The notes: generated from the letters alone by a model not told the origin. Counted from the stretch's first letter, positions 25,074 to 39,366 are shown. The stretch is DNA of 64,000 bases from Mytilus edulis (GCF_963676685.1 NC_092347.1:90644001-90708000); one strand, 5' to 3'. Numbers and translations are program-made.

Positions 25074-26446
25074 ATGACACCAATAGTATTGATTTGTTTA
25101 GCCCTTGTCGGACTTGTGGTATCGGAGGCTGGAGAGAAAGGATATAGTCCCAAATATAACCTGAAAAAATATGGAAATCCTTTCGGACCAGGTTATATTG
25201 GTAGTTTGGGATATCAAGGAAATGGTGGCTTTGAATATCCGTCTTATGGTAGATCAGGATACGGATACGGGGGATATTTCAACAACGTATATGGTTACGG
25301 TTCACCATTAAACATTGGCGGATATGCTGGATACAATGGATATAGTGTACAAAGTGGATATCCTGGATACGGGTTCATGAACGGAAGGGGTTTGAATGGA
25401 TTAGGTGGTTATGGAAATTACGGTGTTCACGGTAACGGAATCGGACTTTTTAATGGTAATGGATTTGGTCGAGGACTTGGAGGGTACAACAATCTAAATG
25501 GTTTTGGGGCATATGGTATCAATGGGCCATACGGTATTAAAAATGTTGGATCATATGGCATTGGTGGTTTGAATGGTTTTGGATCATATGGTATTGGTGG
25601 TTCGAATGGTTTTGGATCATATGGTATAGGTGGTCTAAATGGTTTAGGATCATATGGTGGTTTTAATGGTTTTGGATCATATGGTAGTTTGAATGGTATT
25701 AGTGTCAATGGTGGACTAATAAATGGAAGACGAGGTCTAAGTGGATTCAGCAGTTTCGGTAAATTTGGAGGTTAGTTATCCTACATCACCAAAGAGAAGA
25801 AAAGTTGTTATTTAAATGGGAAATTTTATAATAATAATACAACTAATATTGCCAAATATTTACTTGAGAGGGAGATTTATAGAAAATGGCATTCATAAAA
25901 AATTATTGATACAGATTAATTTCCCGATACACAAATATGAATGGGTACATTGTAAAACATAGCATACCGCATAATGAATGAATTAGAAAATTATTTAAGG
26001 AATGGAAGTAAAAGGTAAAATATTTTGTGATAACATTGCTTGTACTTTACACTATTGTGACATTTGCAATATGTTTACACTAAAACTATATCATCAAAGT
26101 AATATATAGAAAATGAACATTGATTTGAAAAATAAGAAGAATTTAAAATAAGTTTTGAAATAGTAAAACCTAATAATAATAAACCTTTTGCTTTTTTTTC
26201 TCGTTTTATTTGAAAGTGATCTAGATTAATTTGATACCGATTCTCTGAATCAAACATGTAATACTAAAGAATAGGTATGAACAGCCGTAGAAGACATAAA
26301 ACTGATCAATTGAAGGGAATGTATATTTAACTTAATCTTTGGAGAATATGAACTGAACTCACTAGTCTTCCTTCAATAATGCAATGCAATCACCTTATTA
26401 TATTAATATTGTTTTCGTCATTATAGGTAAAAAAGGAACATATTAA
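25074..26446 (+). CDS. Secreted Gly/Tyr/Asn-rich structural protein, type B, copy B3 (238 aa; coding exons 25074-25770 and 26427-26446)
   Basis: Acceptor at 25062/25063, ATG at 25074; donor GGAG|GTTAGT; acceptor ttatAG|GTAAAAAAGGAACATATTAA; 717 nt in frame. Confidence 0.9.
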
Positions 26447-29400
26447 GTCCATGAAGAATTGACGTCGATGTTATACCCATTTGTCTTTTTTATACTAGTA
26501 TATGAATATTAAAAATGGATATAAACTATCTCTTTCTTCTTTTTTATTTTTTATTACCACATTTAAAGAAAATATGGAGATATAAACACACTAATTGATA
26601 ACAATTCGTGGAAGAAATACTGCGACCAAAAAAGGTGAAATGAGAAACTTGAGTCAACAAAATATTCCAGATATTAAAACCTCCAACAGAATAAACCTTA
26701 CTTAAAACATGGAGGTGAGGTTATTTTACTTAACAAGGTTTTACTGTATTCATAGGAAGCTGACTTAATATAGAAACTTCGTCTCAAGAAAGAAAAGAAT
26801 TTAGCAGTATCCTTCATTTTCCGTTATATTTATTCCGTTATATCTATATATATATAAAACAAGTCTAAATTGAAAACAACGTTCAAACCTATAATTGCCT
26901 TGGATAAAAACCGCATTTTTTATACGTGTGCATGTAACAAAATTTGGTGACTATGCTGAATACATCTATTCCATAGATTGAACTTGAGATAAAGGATACA
27001 ACAGATACAATTAAGTTTGCCTAAAAAATTCTAATAATTATATAATTGCCTTTCAATAATTTCATGGTTATGACAAAGTCTACATACAATTGTATGGAAA
27101 ATATCTTTTTCGTTCAATATTTAATTTCTTGGTTTACCTGTACCCACGAAAAAAATCCACGAAAATTGGTATCCAACGAAAAATAATGAATCCAATGGAA
27201 TATCTCCCAGTTGAAATGATATCCCAGGGCTTGATTTTTCTATCATGATTTCCTTGATAGTTAATTGCTGCTAAAAAAGAAGGCAATAAATCAAGAGTTA
27301 TCAGGTGGGAAGTTGAAATCATCCATTCGTAAATGTTATGGACGCCATCACGAGTTGATTGTATGGAATATCCGTTTCCCCGATGACAACGGATATGACC
27401 ATATTGCAAACTACAATCACGTCCCCTTGTTCCCGAATATGACTATCAAATCATACCTATAACTAGGTTTTACTAACACGAGCGACATGACGGGTGCTAC
27501 ATGCAGAACCTTATCTGTTCACCCTTCCGAAGAACCTGAGATCAAACCCAAGTTTAAGAGGGGTATGTGCAACTAAATGGTAAGTTTTCTATATGAAAAA
27601 GAAGATGTGGTATGATATACAACTAACCACAAGAGACCAAATAACAGAGAAATTAACATCTATGGGTCACCGTACGGCTTACAATAATAAGCAAAGCCCA
27701 TACCGCATTAAAAGGCCTGAAATGCCAAATGCAAAACAATTAAACGAGAAAACTAACGGTCTAATTTATGTACAAAAAATTAACAAAAAACAAATTTGTA
27801 ACACATCAACAAACGTCAACCACTGAATTACAGGCTCCTGACTTAGGACAGACACATGTAAACAGAATGTGACGGGATTAAACATGTTAGCGGGATCCCA
27901 ACCGTCCCCTAACCTGGGACAATGTTTTTTTTATGTTATGTTGTCTTTTTGTTACCCTAACGTTGTCGGTTCATTTTCGATTCATGAGTTCGAATATTGC
28001 TTAGGATATTTTTGCTTCATTTGTTTTTGTGAAATCGAAAAGGAGATGCTTTAATTGCTGTAAGGACCTTGTTTTAATTTTGAATATAATGTGTGTTATC
28101 GTTATTGAGTTTATAATAGAAAAGAACTACAAAGTTTCTATCAAATTAAGATAAATAGCTATAAATGTATTACAAATACTGTAACTAAATCAAATATTAT
28201 TCTAAATGATTTTTGGACATCAATCTTCTTCGGTCATTTAGTGACAATATTTGCCAACTTGTTCCTTTTGCTTGGTATGTATCGTCATTAAGATTTAAAT
28301 AAACGAAATAGATGTGCACTGAAACATTATAAATTCAGGGGCAACGTTACCCCAAATAACTAAACACCTTTTCTAAATGTTTTAACATGTACAAAGATTT
28401 GTTCAGGCATAATGGTTGTTCATGAAGACCGCTATTTAAAAGACATGATATCATATCACAATTTTGCCGATAATGTTATTTTAAAAGTATGTATCATCAA
28501 GACTTAACTGTACAATGTCATGGCTTTTGTAGACTGATTGTGCGGTAATACCCTTAACCAGTTTGAAGTTGATTGATATACACGTGTGACACATGGTTTA
28601 TTTAAAATTTACAATAATATCTGATCTAGCTTTCTGATTGTACGACAAAAGTTTGTGTTGCTCATTTGCATGAAAACATTTTTTTTTATCATTCGGTGAA
28701 GTCGAAGAAAAGGGGATGGAAAATGGTAATTGATTTGAAGAAGAAAACTTAGAATGACCATTGAAACTACTGTAAATTCAGAAACTATTGAGCGAATTTT
28801 ATATTATAATTTTTGAAGATTTGACAAAAATGCGAGATAAATTATTGCGAATTTTGAAAAAAATCGCCAAACAGATATATGTACCGGACATAATAGTTCT
28901 TATCATTGCGAAACTCACCTAGTCTCATTATTCACATTAATAAAAACCCCGTCATAACGTATGAATTTACAATACTCTCTCCAATAGAATTATAAAAACA
29001 GTACAGACTACTAGAAAAGATTGGTCAACACGAAAACCAAGAAAAAAGATATTAACAAAACATTTACAACATGGCAGTACACTTAGATCCGCAACGGAGT
29101 TGTTTCGTTATGGTCTTCTATAGATTATTAATTAAAGCGATTATCTGAATCTCCTAGATGAATCAGAAATTGAAAAAATCGCATGAAATCAAAAAATGGA
29201 TCAAAACCAGATGTGTCGTAAAGATCATTTACATTGCAAGATTATTTGAACTAGATTATTGATGATATCTTTTACTTCATGATCAGATGGACAAGTGTGA
29301 TAATAAGACGCACAGTTGGTTTCTATAAAAATGAACACTCCATTGAAAACACGTCTTCCAACGGTAACAACTATGGTGGGAATGAAATAGATCAAGCCTC

Positions 29401-30944
29401 TTGATTATATCAGATTTTGAAACGCTTTGTTCCAATCACAATCACATGTCAAATTTAAGGATCATGCTAACTTAACATTCATCTTAAGAAAATCCTCTTT
29501 CTACTTCATTTCCATAAAGGAAATATAATAAAATTAGAGAAGCACAGTTGGTTCATATGGGAATGACCACTGTCTACTGGAAAAAAGGTATACAATGACA
29601 CAAAGAAACAGATCAATCATCTCGATGATGTGAGTTTCAGAGATTCTTTTGTGTAAATGAGAGTTTATCAACACGTTATTTGTCCTCTTTGTTATTTATC
29701 TGAAGGGTTAGCATAGATACTAACACGAAACTTTTTTTTTTTTTATTAAACAAAGAATTGAACAATAATGTGCGAATAACGAATTATCTACATTATGCCT
29801 TGATATAATTATATGATTCCGTAGTTGTGTATGAAATTGTTTTAATCAGTTCCAGTTGTTTATGTTTTTAAACGTTTATTACATTTGATAGATTTCCAAG
29901 AATATTCATCAACTCTGAAGACAAACTTGACAACATTTGCATTCTGTACCGCTCAATATTATGATGAAGATTAAAGGTAATCGAACGATTTATCCTATGT
30001 TAAAACTTTAATGTCAATCTTGCTCTCAACATGATATGTGTAACATTGTGTCAGCAAAATTCATGTACGCTATTTACTATAGTATAGTTCTTAGATACAC
30101 CTATGAGAAAGTTAAGCTGAATGGGTACACCAAGATATGATTGTAAATGCAGAATGACCTTTATCAATCATATAGATAGGGCTTTTCAGTGATATAACCA
30201 TTAGCATGAATAAGCATGCTACATGTGTTTGATTTGTTGCATATAATTTTTTTAAGGTATATAGTGCGGACAAAAATTCTGATCTGATATACATAATGTT
30301 TTGAAAAATGTATTATTCATTTTAGGAAGACGGAAAAACAAATTGAAACAACACGTTAAAAAATTCATATATCCGAAGCCCTTATCATTTTCGATGTTAA
30401 GTTTAAATTTTCCAATATATATTGGCCTACAACATCACTCAAGAATTACTCTTTTTCGAAATAACCATAAGAAAATCAACGGAGCGTTATATAATAAATG
30501 CAAAAAATATTTAGTAACAAATAAGTAAGCCAAGATTAAAAGAATAAAAAAAAATCTAATACTGTTGGTAAAATATTGGTACATTTGCATAATGTTATTT
30601 GGTTGATCTATAATACTTGTCAGTTTTTAATTTAGAAGGAACTAAGGATGTGCAAACTTGTTATTTCAATGAATTTACTAATAAATGAAATACACCTGAT
30701 ATATTTATGTCATCTTATTACCATACATGTTCTTTAATAAAAATACATCACCATTCAACTTTTATAACAAAACAATAAAAAGATGACCATTACGAAAGTT
30801 GTAAAATATATCAGTCAACGATGTTTAAAAGTGTTTTAATCTTAAATAGATAAATAACAAATACAGTTATAAATGAGACTAATGAAATGACCAGAAATAA
30901 GCAATTTGAATACCAGTGAATGTGTACAAATACTTCAATTATGA

Positions 30945-31241
30945 GGAATTTCCCTCATACTGACTTAAACATGTACAATGCATATCAAATGTCACTAATA
31001 GGTATTATTTGTCAACAAACCACGATGACAATCACGGGTAAAACAATAGCAACCAATAATTGATGACAATAGTTTTCTATCATGGTGGTTAACCTTGTTT
31101 AAATAGAACCCACTATTACACATGTTAATCATTGTCAAATGTCTATTTTATAACTGATTATAACAAAATGTTTGGTCAGAGATTATGATATATAAAGCAC
31201 AACAATCACAAAGTACCACAACATCATAGAAAGACACAAAG
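30945..31241 (+). promoter_or_regulatory. Promoter and non-coding exon 1 of A4
   Basis: GGAATTTCCC at 30945-30954; TATATAAA at 31189-31196; donor CAAAG|GTAAGC at 31241/31242. Confidence 0.75.
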
Positions 31242-31547
31242 GTAAGCAGTTGCTATACTTTAAATGTATGTTTCGTGTTTGTTTTGAAGATAATGATTTT
31301 TCATATTTGGTACCCGTATATTTCGCATTTTGTTCTTTTTAAATAGGTTTCATGAACTTTTGACGCCAGGATAAGTTTTACCTTCTTATATATTTTCAAC
31401 TTACTTTGCATTTTACTCGCATCTTACATCTTTGCTTTTCATTTACCTAACTATATTTCCTGTCGTCCTGATTGGCCAATATTTTGAAATTTCATTTACA
31501 TTATCATTAGTTGATTAGAAATGAATATCGTTTCAGAACCACTAACC

Positions 31548-32942
31548 ATGATACCAATAGTATTGATTTGTTTAGCCCTTGTCGAAATTGTGGCATCGGA
31601 GGCCGGTGAAAAAGGATATAGTCCCAAATATAACCTGAAAACATACGGAAATCCATTTGGACCAGGTAATATTGGTAGTAATGGATTTCAAGGAAATGGT
31701 GGATTCGGATATCCGATTTACGGCAGATTAGGTTATGGATATGGGGGATATTCCAACAACGCTTTTGGTTACGGTTCACCATTAAACATTGGCGGATATG
31801 CTGGATACAATGGATATAGTGTACAAAGTGGATATCCTGGATACGGGTTTATGAACGGAAGGGGTTTGAATGGATTCAGTGGTAATGGAAATTACGGTGT
31901 TCACAGTAAAGGAATCGGAGCTTTAATGGGTTATGGATACGGTCGAGGACTTGTTGGAAATAACAATTTAAATGGTTATGGGGCTTTTGGTATCAACGGG
32001 GCATATGGTCTTAACAATTATGGATCTTATGGTATTGGTGGTTTAAATGGTTATGGATCATATGGCATTAATGGTTTGAATGGTTTTGGAGCTTATGGTG
32101 GTTTGAATGGTTTTGGATCATATGGTGGTTTAAATGGCTTTGGATCATATGGTATTGGTGGTATAAAAGGTTTTGGCTTCAACGGTGGACTAATTATTGG
32201 AAGACAAGGTATAAATGGATTAAGCAGTTTCGGTAAATTTGGAGGTAAGTAATCTTAAATCTCCAAATAAAAATAATAAGTTATTTGAATACGAAATTTT
32301 ATACATATAATATAATTACAATTGTTAAATTATTACTTGAGAGGGAGATTCATACAAAATTGCATTCATAAAAAAATGGCTGATATAGATTAATTTCCCA
32401 ATTCATGAATATAAATAGAACACATCGTAAAACATAGCATGCGCATAATGAATAATTAGAAAATTATTTAAGGAATAGTAATAAAAGGTCCAATATTTTG
32501 TGATAACATAACAGTATTTGCTTGTACTATACACTATTGTGACATTAGCAATATGTTTACACTAAAACTATATCATCATCGTAATATATAAAAAATGAAC
32601 ATTGATTTAAAAGATTAGAAGAATTTAAAATAAATTTTGAAATAGTCGTTTCCCATAAACCTTTTTCCGTCTTAATTGAAAGTGATTTAAATAAATTTGA
32701 TATCGATTTTCTGAATCAAATATGTAATACTAAAGGGACAAAAAGGAGATGTACGGAAAAATTAGAAAAGGTATGAACAGCCGTAGTAGACATAAAACTG
32801 ATCAATATAACAGAATATACATTTAACTTAATCTTTGGAGAATATGAACTGAATTCACAACTATTCCTTCAATAATGCATTGCAAGCACCTTATTATATC
32901 AATATTGTATTCATCATTGCAGGTAAAAAAGGAACATATTAG
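31548..32942 (+). CDS. Secreted Gly/Tyr/Asn-rich structural protein, type A, copy A4 (238 aa; coding exons 31548-32244 and 32923-32942)
   Basis: tttcAG|aaccactaaccATG; donor GGAG|GTAAGT; acceptor ttgcAG|GTAAAAAAGGAACATATTAG; 717 nt in frame. Confidence 0.9.
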
Positions 32943-34594
32943 GACCGAAGAAGTCCATGAAGAATTGACGTTGATGTTATACCCATTAGTTTTTTTTATA
33001 CTGGTTTATGAATATTAAAATGAATATAAACTATCTCTTTCTTTTTTATTTGTTTTATAATCACCTTTAAAGAAAATATAAAGATATAAACAAATCAATT
33101 GATTAAGATTCGTGGAACTATTACTGTGACCAAAAAAAGGTGAAATGAGAACAAAAAGTTAACAAAACAAACATTCCAGAGGAAAAAGAACCCATTCAAC
33201 AACCCAAACCTTACTCAAATCATGGAGATGAAGTTACTGTTCTTGGCGAGGTGTTCCTTTATTCATAGGAGACTGACCTCATTCAGGAACCTCCTAAATA
33301 AAGAAATTGATAGATATAGTTAAGTTTGCTACATGTAGTTCATATAATTATAGAATTGTCTTTCAATTCCATCATTGTCATGAAAATTGTTTTTAGTGTT
33401 TTATTAAAATTAATTTTATAAAATTCGAGATAACATGTTCATTTGATTTAATAAATTGATTTTCAAAATACCCTGTAATTTTGATCACTTTTAGATAAAA
33501 TTCTGATTACAATGATTTACTAACACGAGCAATATGACGTGTGGCACATGCGGAACTGTATCTGCCTACCCTTCCGGAGTCCAAAACAACGTAACCACAA
33601 ATAAATAAATACATTTACTAAATGTTCTCACAGATCTGTTAAGGCAGTATGACTGGATATGTAGAGCGCTTATAACAAACGGACATCATATCATAATTTT
33701 GCCATTAATGTTATTTTTAAAGCATGTTATTTATGATACGGCCAATCAATATTTATCTGTACAATGCCATGACTCTTGCAGACTGATTGGAAGGTCGTAC
33801 ACTAAACCAGTTAAAGATAATTGATTTGAATGTTAGTCTGAAAATGTTGGTTATTTATAAGTTGAAACGATCTTTCTGCTTTTACGAACAACGTTTGTGT
33901 CACTCAATTGTAGGTACACATTTTGTGTGTTTTTTTTGGGTAAAATTCGGCGGTGTCAATCGCGATGAAAACTAGACAAGAAATGGCAATGAAGTGCAAT
34001 AGGAAAACTTAAAATGATCATTCAAAGAAAGACAGTTGGACTACTGTTAATTCCAAATTATTGCGTGCATTTTATTTTGCAATCTTTGAAGATATGTCAC
34101 AAATGTGAGATAAATTATTGCATTTTTGAAAAATCAGCACACAGATATATGTACGAGATATGGGTATTGTTATCATTGAGATACTCACCTAGTCTGATTA
34201 ACATTAATAAAAAAAAGTCATAATTTCTGAATGAACATTACTCTCTCCAATTGAATAACGAAAACAGTTCAGACTATTAAATTGGTAACTAGAAAAAAGT
34301 CAAATCACAAAAATACTGAACTCCGAGGAAAATTCAAAACAGAAAGTCTCTTATCAAATGGCAAAATCATACGCTCAAACACATGGATAACAACTGTCAA
34401 CATTGTAGAAAAGATTATTCAACAAGAAAATCACGAAAACCAATATAAAACAAAACGGAAAGTCCCTAATCAAATTGAAAAACTTGATTTTTAAGTTTGA
34501 ATATATTTTGTATTAATTTTGACCTTCATTTCCCTAAAGAAAAATGCATATCTGTATACCCCATTTAACACGTACAGAAAATATGTTGAATATA

Positions 34595-35062
34595 CACAGG
34601 CAAAATTTTCTCACATAAATTTCATATGAAACTCAAATAAAATTCACATGAAAAATTTTACGTGATATTCACCTCAAACGAGCTTATACACGAAACTCAC
34701 GTGAAAATGTTCATGTGAATTTCACAGGAATCTGATGGGAAATTTTTTACATGAATTTCACGTGAAATTTCCCGATTTGTTTTTATATATTTTTCATGAT
34801 TTTAATTAAATTTGACAATTAAGATGTTATTTGAATTTCTCTATTTTAAAAATTCATATGAATTTCACTTGAAAAAAATTGACAGGATTTTCATGTTAAA
34901 GTCACTCGAGTTTCACATGAGATTCACGTAAAACTCACAAAAAACTGATTTCACATGAGTTTCATGTATAAGCTCGTTTGAGATGAAATTCATGTGAATT
35001 TCACGTGAGATTCACATGAATTTAAATTCACGTGAAATTGATGTGAGTGAAATTTGCCTGTG
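34595..35062. mobile_element. Palindromic MITE (~470 bp) with TA flanks and many TTCAC(G/A)TGAA sub-repeats
   Basis: TA|CACAGGCAAA...TTTGCCTGTG|TA; internal inverted pair CTCAAACGAGCTTATACA / TGTATAAGCTCGTTTGAG. Its last ~56 bp recur at 21721-21776. Confidence 0.8.
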
Positions 35063-37447
35063 TATGTTTAATTTCAAGTTTTAATCCGGATACCATACAC
35101 TAGCTTAAAAAGAAAATCAAAACACAAAACAATTATCCCCAAAACTAAGACAAGAACCATCAAAACCCATATTCAATCCCTTTATTTAAGTTATTCTTAT
35201 CCTATCATCAATGTTATGATGCAACATCATGACTTCAGAAATCGTCACACGGAAAACAAAATGAACCTTTTTTTTGCGAGCTATAGGTTATTTAAATTAG
35301 CAATGACAAAATTCTGTAAACGCTATGACGTATATACTGTAATCACAAATCACAATTTTTGATATTTGTTAAAAAGACACACAGCAATGAAGACCATTGC
35401 AATAGACGATTTGTGTTTTCAATGTTAACCACAGCGAGAAAATATTGTAATAAATTATATGTTTGTACTTAAACAACAAAAAAGTGTTATCCACTATAAT
35501 ATTAGCCGTTTATGAAACATTCTCAATTTCTGATGATATTTGTTATAAAAAAAAAGACACAAAGCAACTAAGAACAATTGCAATAGACTATTTGTGTTTT
35601 CAAGGTTAACCACAGTGAAGGAAATATTGTAATTAATGGTATATTTTCACATAAACAACAAAAAAGTGTTCTCCACTACTATATTTGCGGTTTATGAAAC
35701 ATTCTCAATTTCTACTGTTTTTCAAATTTATGACATTTCTACAGTATTGGTTAAAAGTGTCAAATTATTTTATGTTATTTAAAAGTGAATATACATATAT
35801 TGTATTTTTATACAGTTTTAGTTCAGAGATGGCTTGTGAAAATAAAATATATAATTTTGATAAAAGTATACCCAGCATAAAGAACATGAATGTTTTTAAA
35901 ACAGTTTAGCAAATAACAAAGAAAAGGATATCTAGGAGCTCGAATGTACGTTTGACAGCTGATGAACAAATTTTCATTGTCTTTTGTTTTAGTCCATTTT
36001 TTTGGGGTATTATTTTTGGCTTCAAATTCAAATTACAAAATACTATCAATTGAAATGAGTTTCTCTGTCGTCGGTCAGTTTCGTAAACAATGTTATTACC
36101 CTAAACAGTAGCTTACTTATGTTATATTTGTTATTCTCGTGGGGTTTTGTCTGATGCTTGGTCCGTTTCTGTGTGTGTTACATTTTAGTGTTGTGTCGTT
36201 GTTCTCCTCTTATATTCAATACGTTTCCCTCGGTTTTAGTTTGTTACCCCGATTTTGTTTTTTGTCCATGGATTTATGAGTTTTGAACAGCTATATACTA
36301 CTGTTGCCTTTATTTACTTTTTTACGTGCAAGATAAACAAAATGAAATTAAACATAATATATTTCAGCTTTTTGCTATTTCCATTTGTATGTAGCAACAT
36401 TCTAACATATTGAGTACTAGTATATAATTTGATAAAAAAAATTATCACAAACACACCGAGCCTGAAGATAAATTGAAAAAGGGCAGAAATTCATGAAAAC
36501 TGACAAATTTAACGTTATCAACCAACAAATTAATGTCATATTCATGATGACTTGGTAAGGCATGTCCCGAAGAAAATGGTTTCTTAAACCGTGTGCTATA
36601 CTCCGAATTATATAACAGTTGTTATAGTTCCGTTAAAAATTGGATGAGCAACCGAAAGATATACAATGCGCTTATGAGACGACACAAACAAACATACCCC
36701 CAGGTTTTGGTGGGGTTCTCGTTGCTCAGTCTTTAGTTTTTTTATGTTGTTTCTTGTGTACTATTATTTGACTGTTTTGTCTTTTAATTTTTAGCCATGG
36801 CATGTCAGTTTATTTTCGATTTATGAGTTTGACTGTTCCTCTAGTATCTTTCGCCCCTCTTGTATAAACGTACTTCACAGGTATACATCTGGCTAAAGTT
36901 TTGTAAGAGTTTGCCATTACCATGAGCGACAAACCTGGTGATATGTGTGAAGCAAGATGTGCGGAACCTTCAGGAGTATATGGTATCATCCCGGATTTTG
37001 CATGGTTTCATGTCTTTCGGTCTTTAGTTTTTATACTCATTGTTTTGTAGACTATTATAGACCATTGTTGTTATATTTTGCCATAATATTGTAAGTTTCT
37101 GCGAGGTAAAAAGAAAAGAAAAGAAAATGTAAGACAGAATGAAAAGGATAAAAGGAAAGTCCCTCAGCAAATTGCAAAATCAAAAGCTCAAACACATCAA
37201 TCGAATGTATAATAACTGGCACATTCCTGACTTGGTACATGCATTTTCTGATGAAGAAAATGGTAGATGAAACCTGATTTTATAGCTAGCTAAACCTCTA
37301 ACTCAGTTAACGTTCGTTAAAAGAGTCAGAGTTTGAATAGATCATTACAGTGTTAAATGCAAAAAACTAAAGTGCACATTAAACGACACAAATAATTAGA
37401 AATACACAACTTGGATATCAATGAAAGTGAACGATACTTTAATAAAT

Positions 37448-37757
37448 GGGAAATTATCCTATTACTGAATTACAATTGCATTATGAATATCAAATATTAT
37501 TAACAGGGAAAAATCCCCAAACCACGATAACAAAGGGTAAAACAATAGCAACAAATAATTGATGACAATATTTTCTATCATTGTGGTTTTATAACCTCTT
37601 TTTTTTTTTTAATAAACCCACTTAACAAGATTTATCATTGTTAAATGTCTATTTTATAAATGATTATAAAAAAATGTGTGGTCAGTAAATATATTATATA
37701 AGGACGCAGTGAACAATATGTATCACAAGGAACACGCCAGAATAGAACATCACAGAG
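37448..37757 (+). promoter_or_regulatory. Promoter and non-coding exon 1 of B5
   Basis: TATATAAG at 37695-37702; donor CAGAG|GTAGGC at 37757/37758; conserved upstream module. Confidence 0.75.
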
Positions 37758-37965
37758 GTAGGCAGTTGATTTGCTTTAAAAGATAATTGTCTTTCTCTCA
37801 AAAAATTATCATGTTTATCGTCATTTTTCGTATATGTATCTCAATATTTTATTTGCAACTTTTTTCTTTCATTTTCGGTTATATGTATTTGCTTATGTTT
37901 TGAAGGTATTATGATTATTATTTTATTTTAACGAATTATTGAAAATCGTTTCAGAACCAACAAAC

Positions 37966-39366
37966 ATGACACCAATAGTATTGATTTGTTTAGCCCTTGT
38001 CGGACTTGTGGTATCGGAGGCTGGAGAGAAAGGATATAGTCCCAAATATAACCTGAAAAAATATGGAAATCCTTTCGGACCAGGTAATATTGGTAGTTTG
38101 GGATATCAAGGAAATGATGGCTTTGGATATCCGTATTATGGTAGATCAGGATACGGATACGGAGGATTTGGCAACAACGCATATGGTTACGGTTCACCAT
38201 TAAACATTGGCGGGTATGCTGGATACAATGGATATAGTGTACAAAGTGGATATCCTGGATACGGGTATTTACATGGCAGAGGATTGAATGGATTAGGTGG
38301 TTATGGAAAATACGGTGTTCACGGTAACGGAATCAGACTTTTTAATGGTAATGGATTAGGTCGAGGACTTGGAGGGTACAACAATCTAAATGGTTTTGGG
38401 TCATATGGTATCAATGGGGCACACGGTATTAACAATTATGGATCATATGGTATTGGTGGTTTGAATGGTTTTGGATCATATGGTATTGGTGGTTTGAATG
38501 GTTATGGATCATATGGTATAGGTGGTCTGAATGGTTTAGGATCATATGGTGGTTTGAATGGTTTTGGATTATATGGTAGTTTGAATGTTTTTGGATCACA
38601 TGGTATAGGTGGTTTGAATGGTAATGGTATTAATGTCAATGGTGGACTAATAAATGGAAGACGAGGTCTAAGTGGATTGAGCAGTTTCGGTAAATTTGGA
38701 GGTAAGTAATCCTACATCACCAAAAAGAAGAAAAACTGTTATTTAAATGGGAAATTTTATAATAATAATACAACTACAATTACCAAATTGTTACTTGAGA
38801 GGGAGATTCCTAGAAAATGGCAGATTAATTTCCCGATACACGAATATGAATGAGTACATTTTAAAACATAGCATACCGCATAATGAATGAATTAGAAAAT
38901 TATTTAAGGAATGGTAGTAAAAGTTAAAATATTTTGTGACAACATTGCTTGTACTTTACACTATTGTGACATTAGCAATATGTTTACGTTAAAACTATAT
39001 CATCAAGGTAATATATAGAAAATGAACATTGATTTGAAAGATTAGAAGAATTCAAAATAAGTTTTGAAATAGTAAAAGCTAATAATAATTAATAAACCTT
39101 TTGCTTTTTTTTTCTCGTTTTATTTAAAAGAGATTTAGATTAATTTGATACCGATTCTCTGAATCAAACATGTAATACTTAAGAATAAGAAAAGGTATGA
39201 ATAGCCGTAATAGACATAAAACTGATCAATTTAACGAAATGCACATTTAACTTAATCTTTGGAGAATATGAACTAAATTCAATACTCTTCCTTCAATAAT
39301 GCAATGCAATCACCTTATTATATTGATATTGTTTTCGTCATTTTAGGTAAAAAAGGAACATATTAG
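37966..39366 (+). CDS. Secreted Gly/Tyr/Asn-rich structural protein, type B, copy B5 (251 aa; coding exons 37966-38701 and 39347-39366)
   Basis: Acceptor at 37954/37955; donor GGAG|GTAAGT; acceptor ttttAG|GTAAAAAAGGAACATATTAG; 756 nt in frame. Confidence 0.9.

Noticed and set aside
30301-30528. Near-identical 75-aa ORFs at 30301 and 44765
   Set aside because: Non-ATG start, recent segmental duplicates, and disrupted by an insertion in the third copy (~8740-9070).
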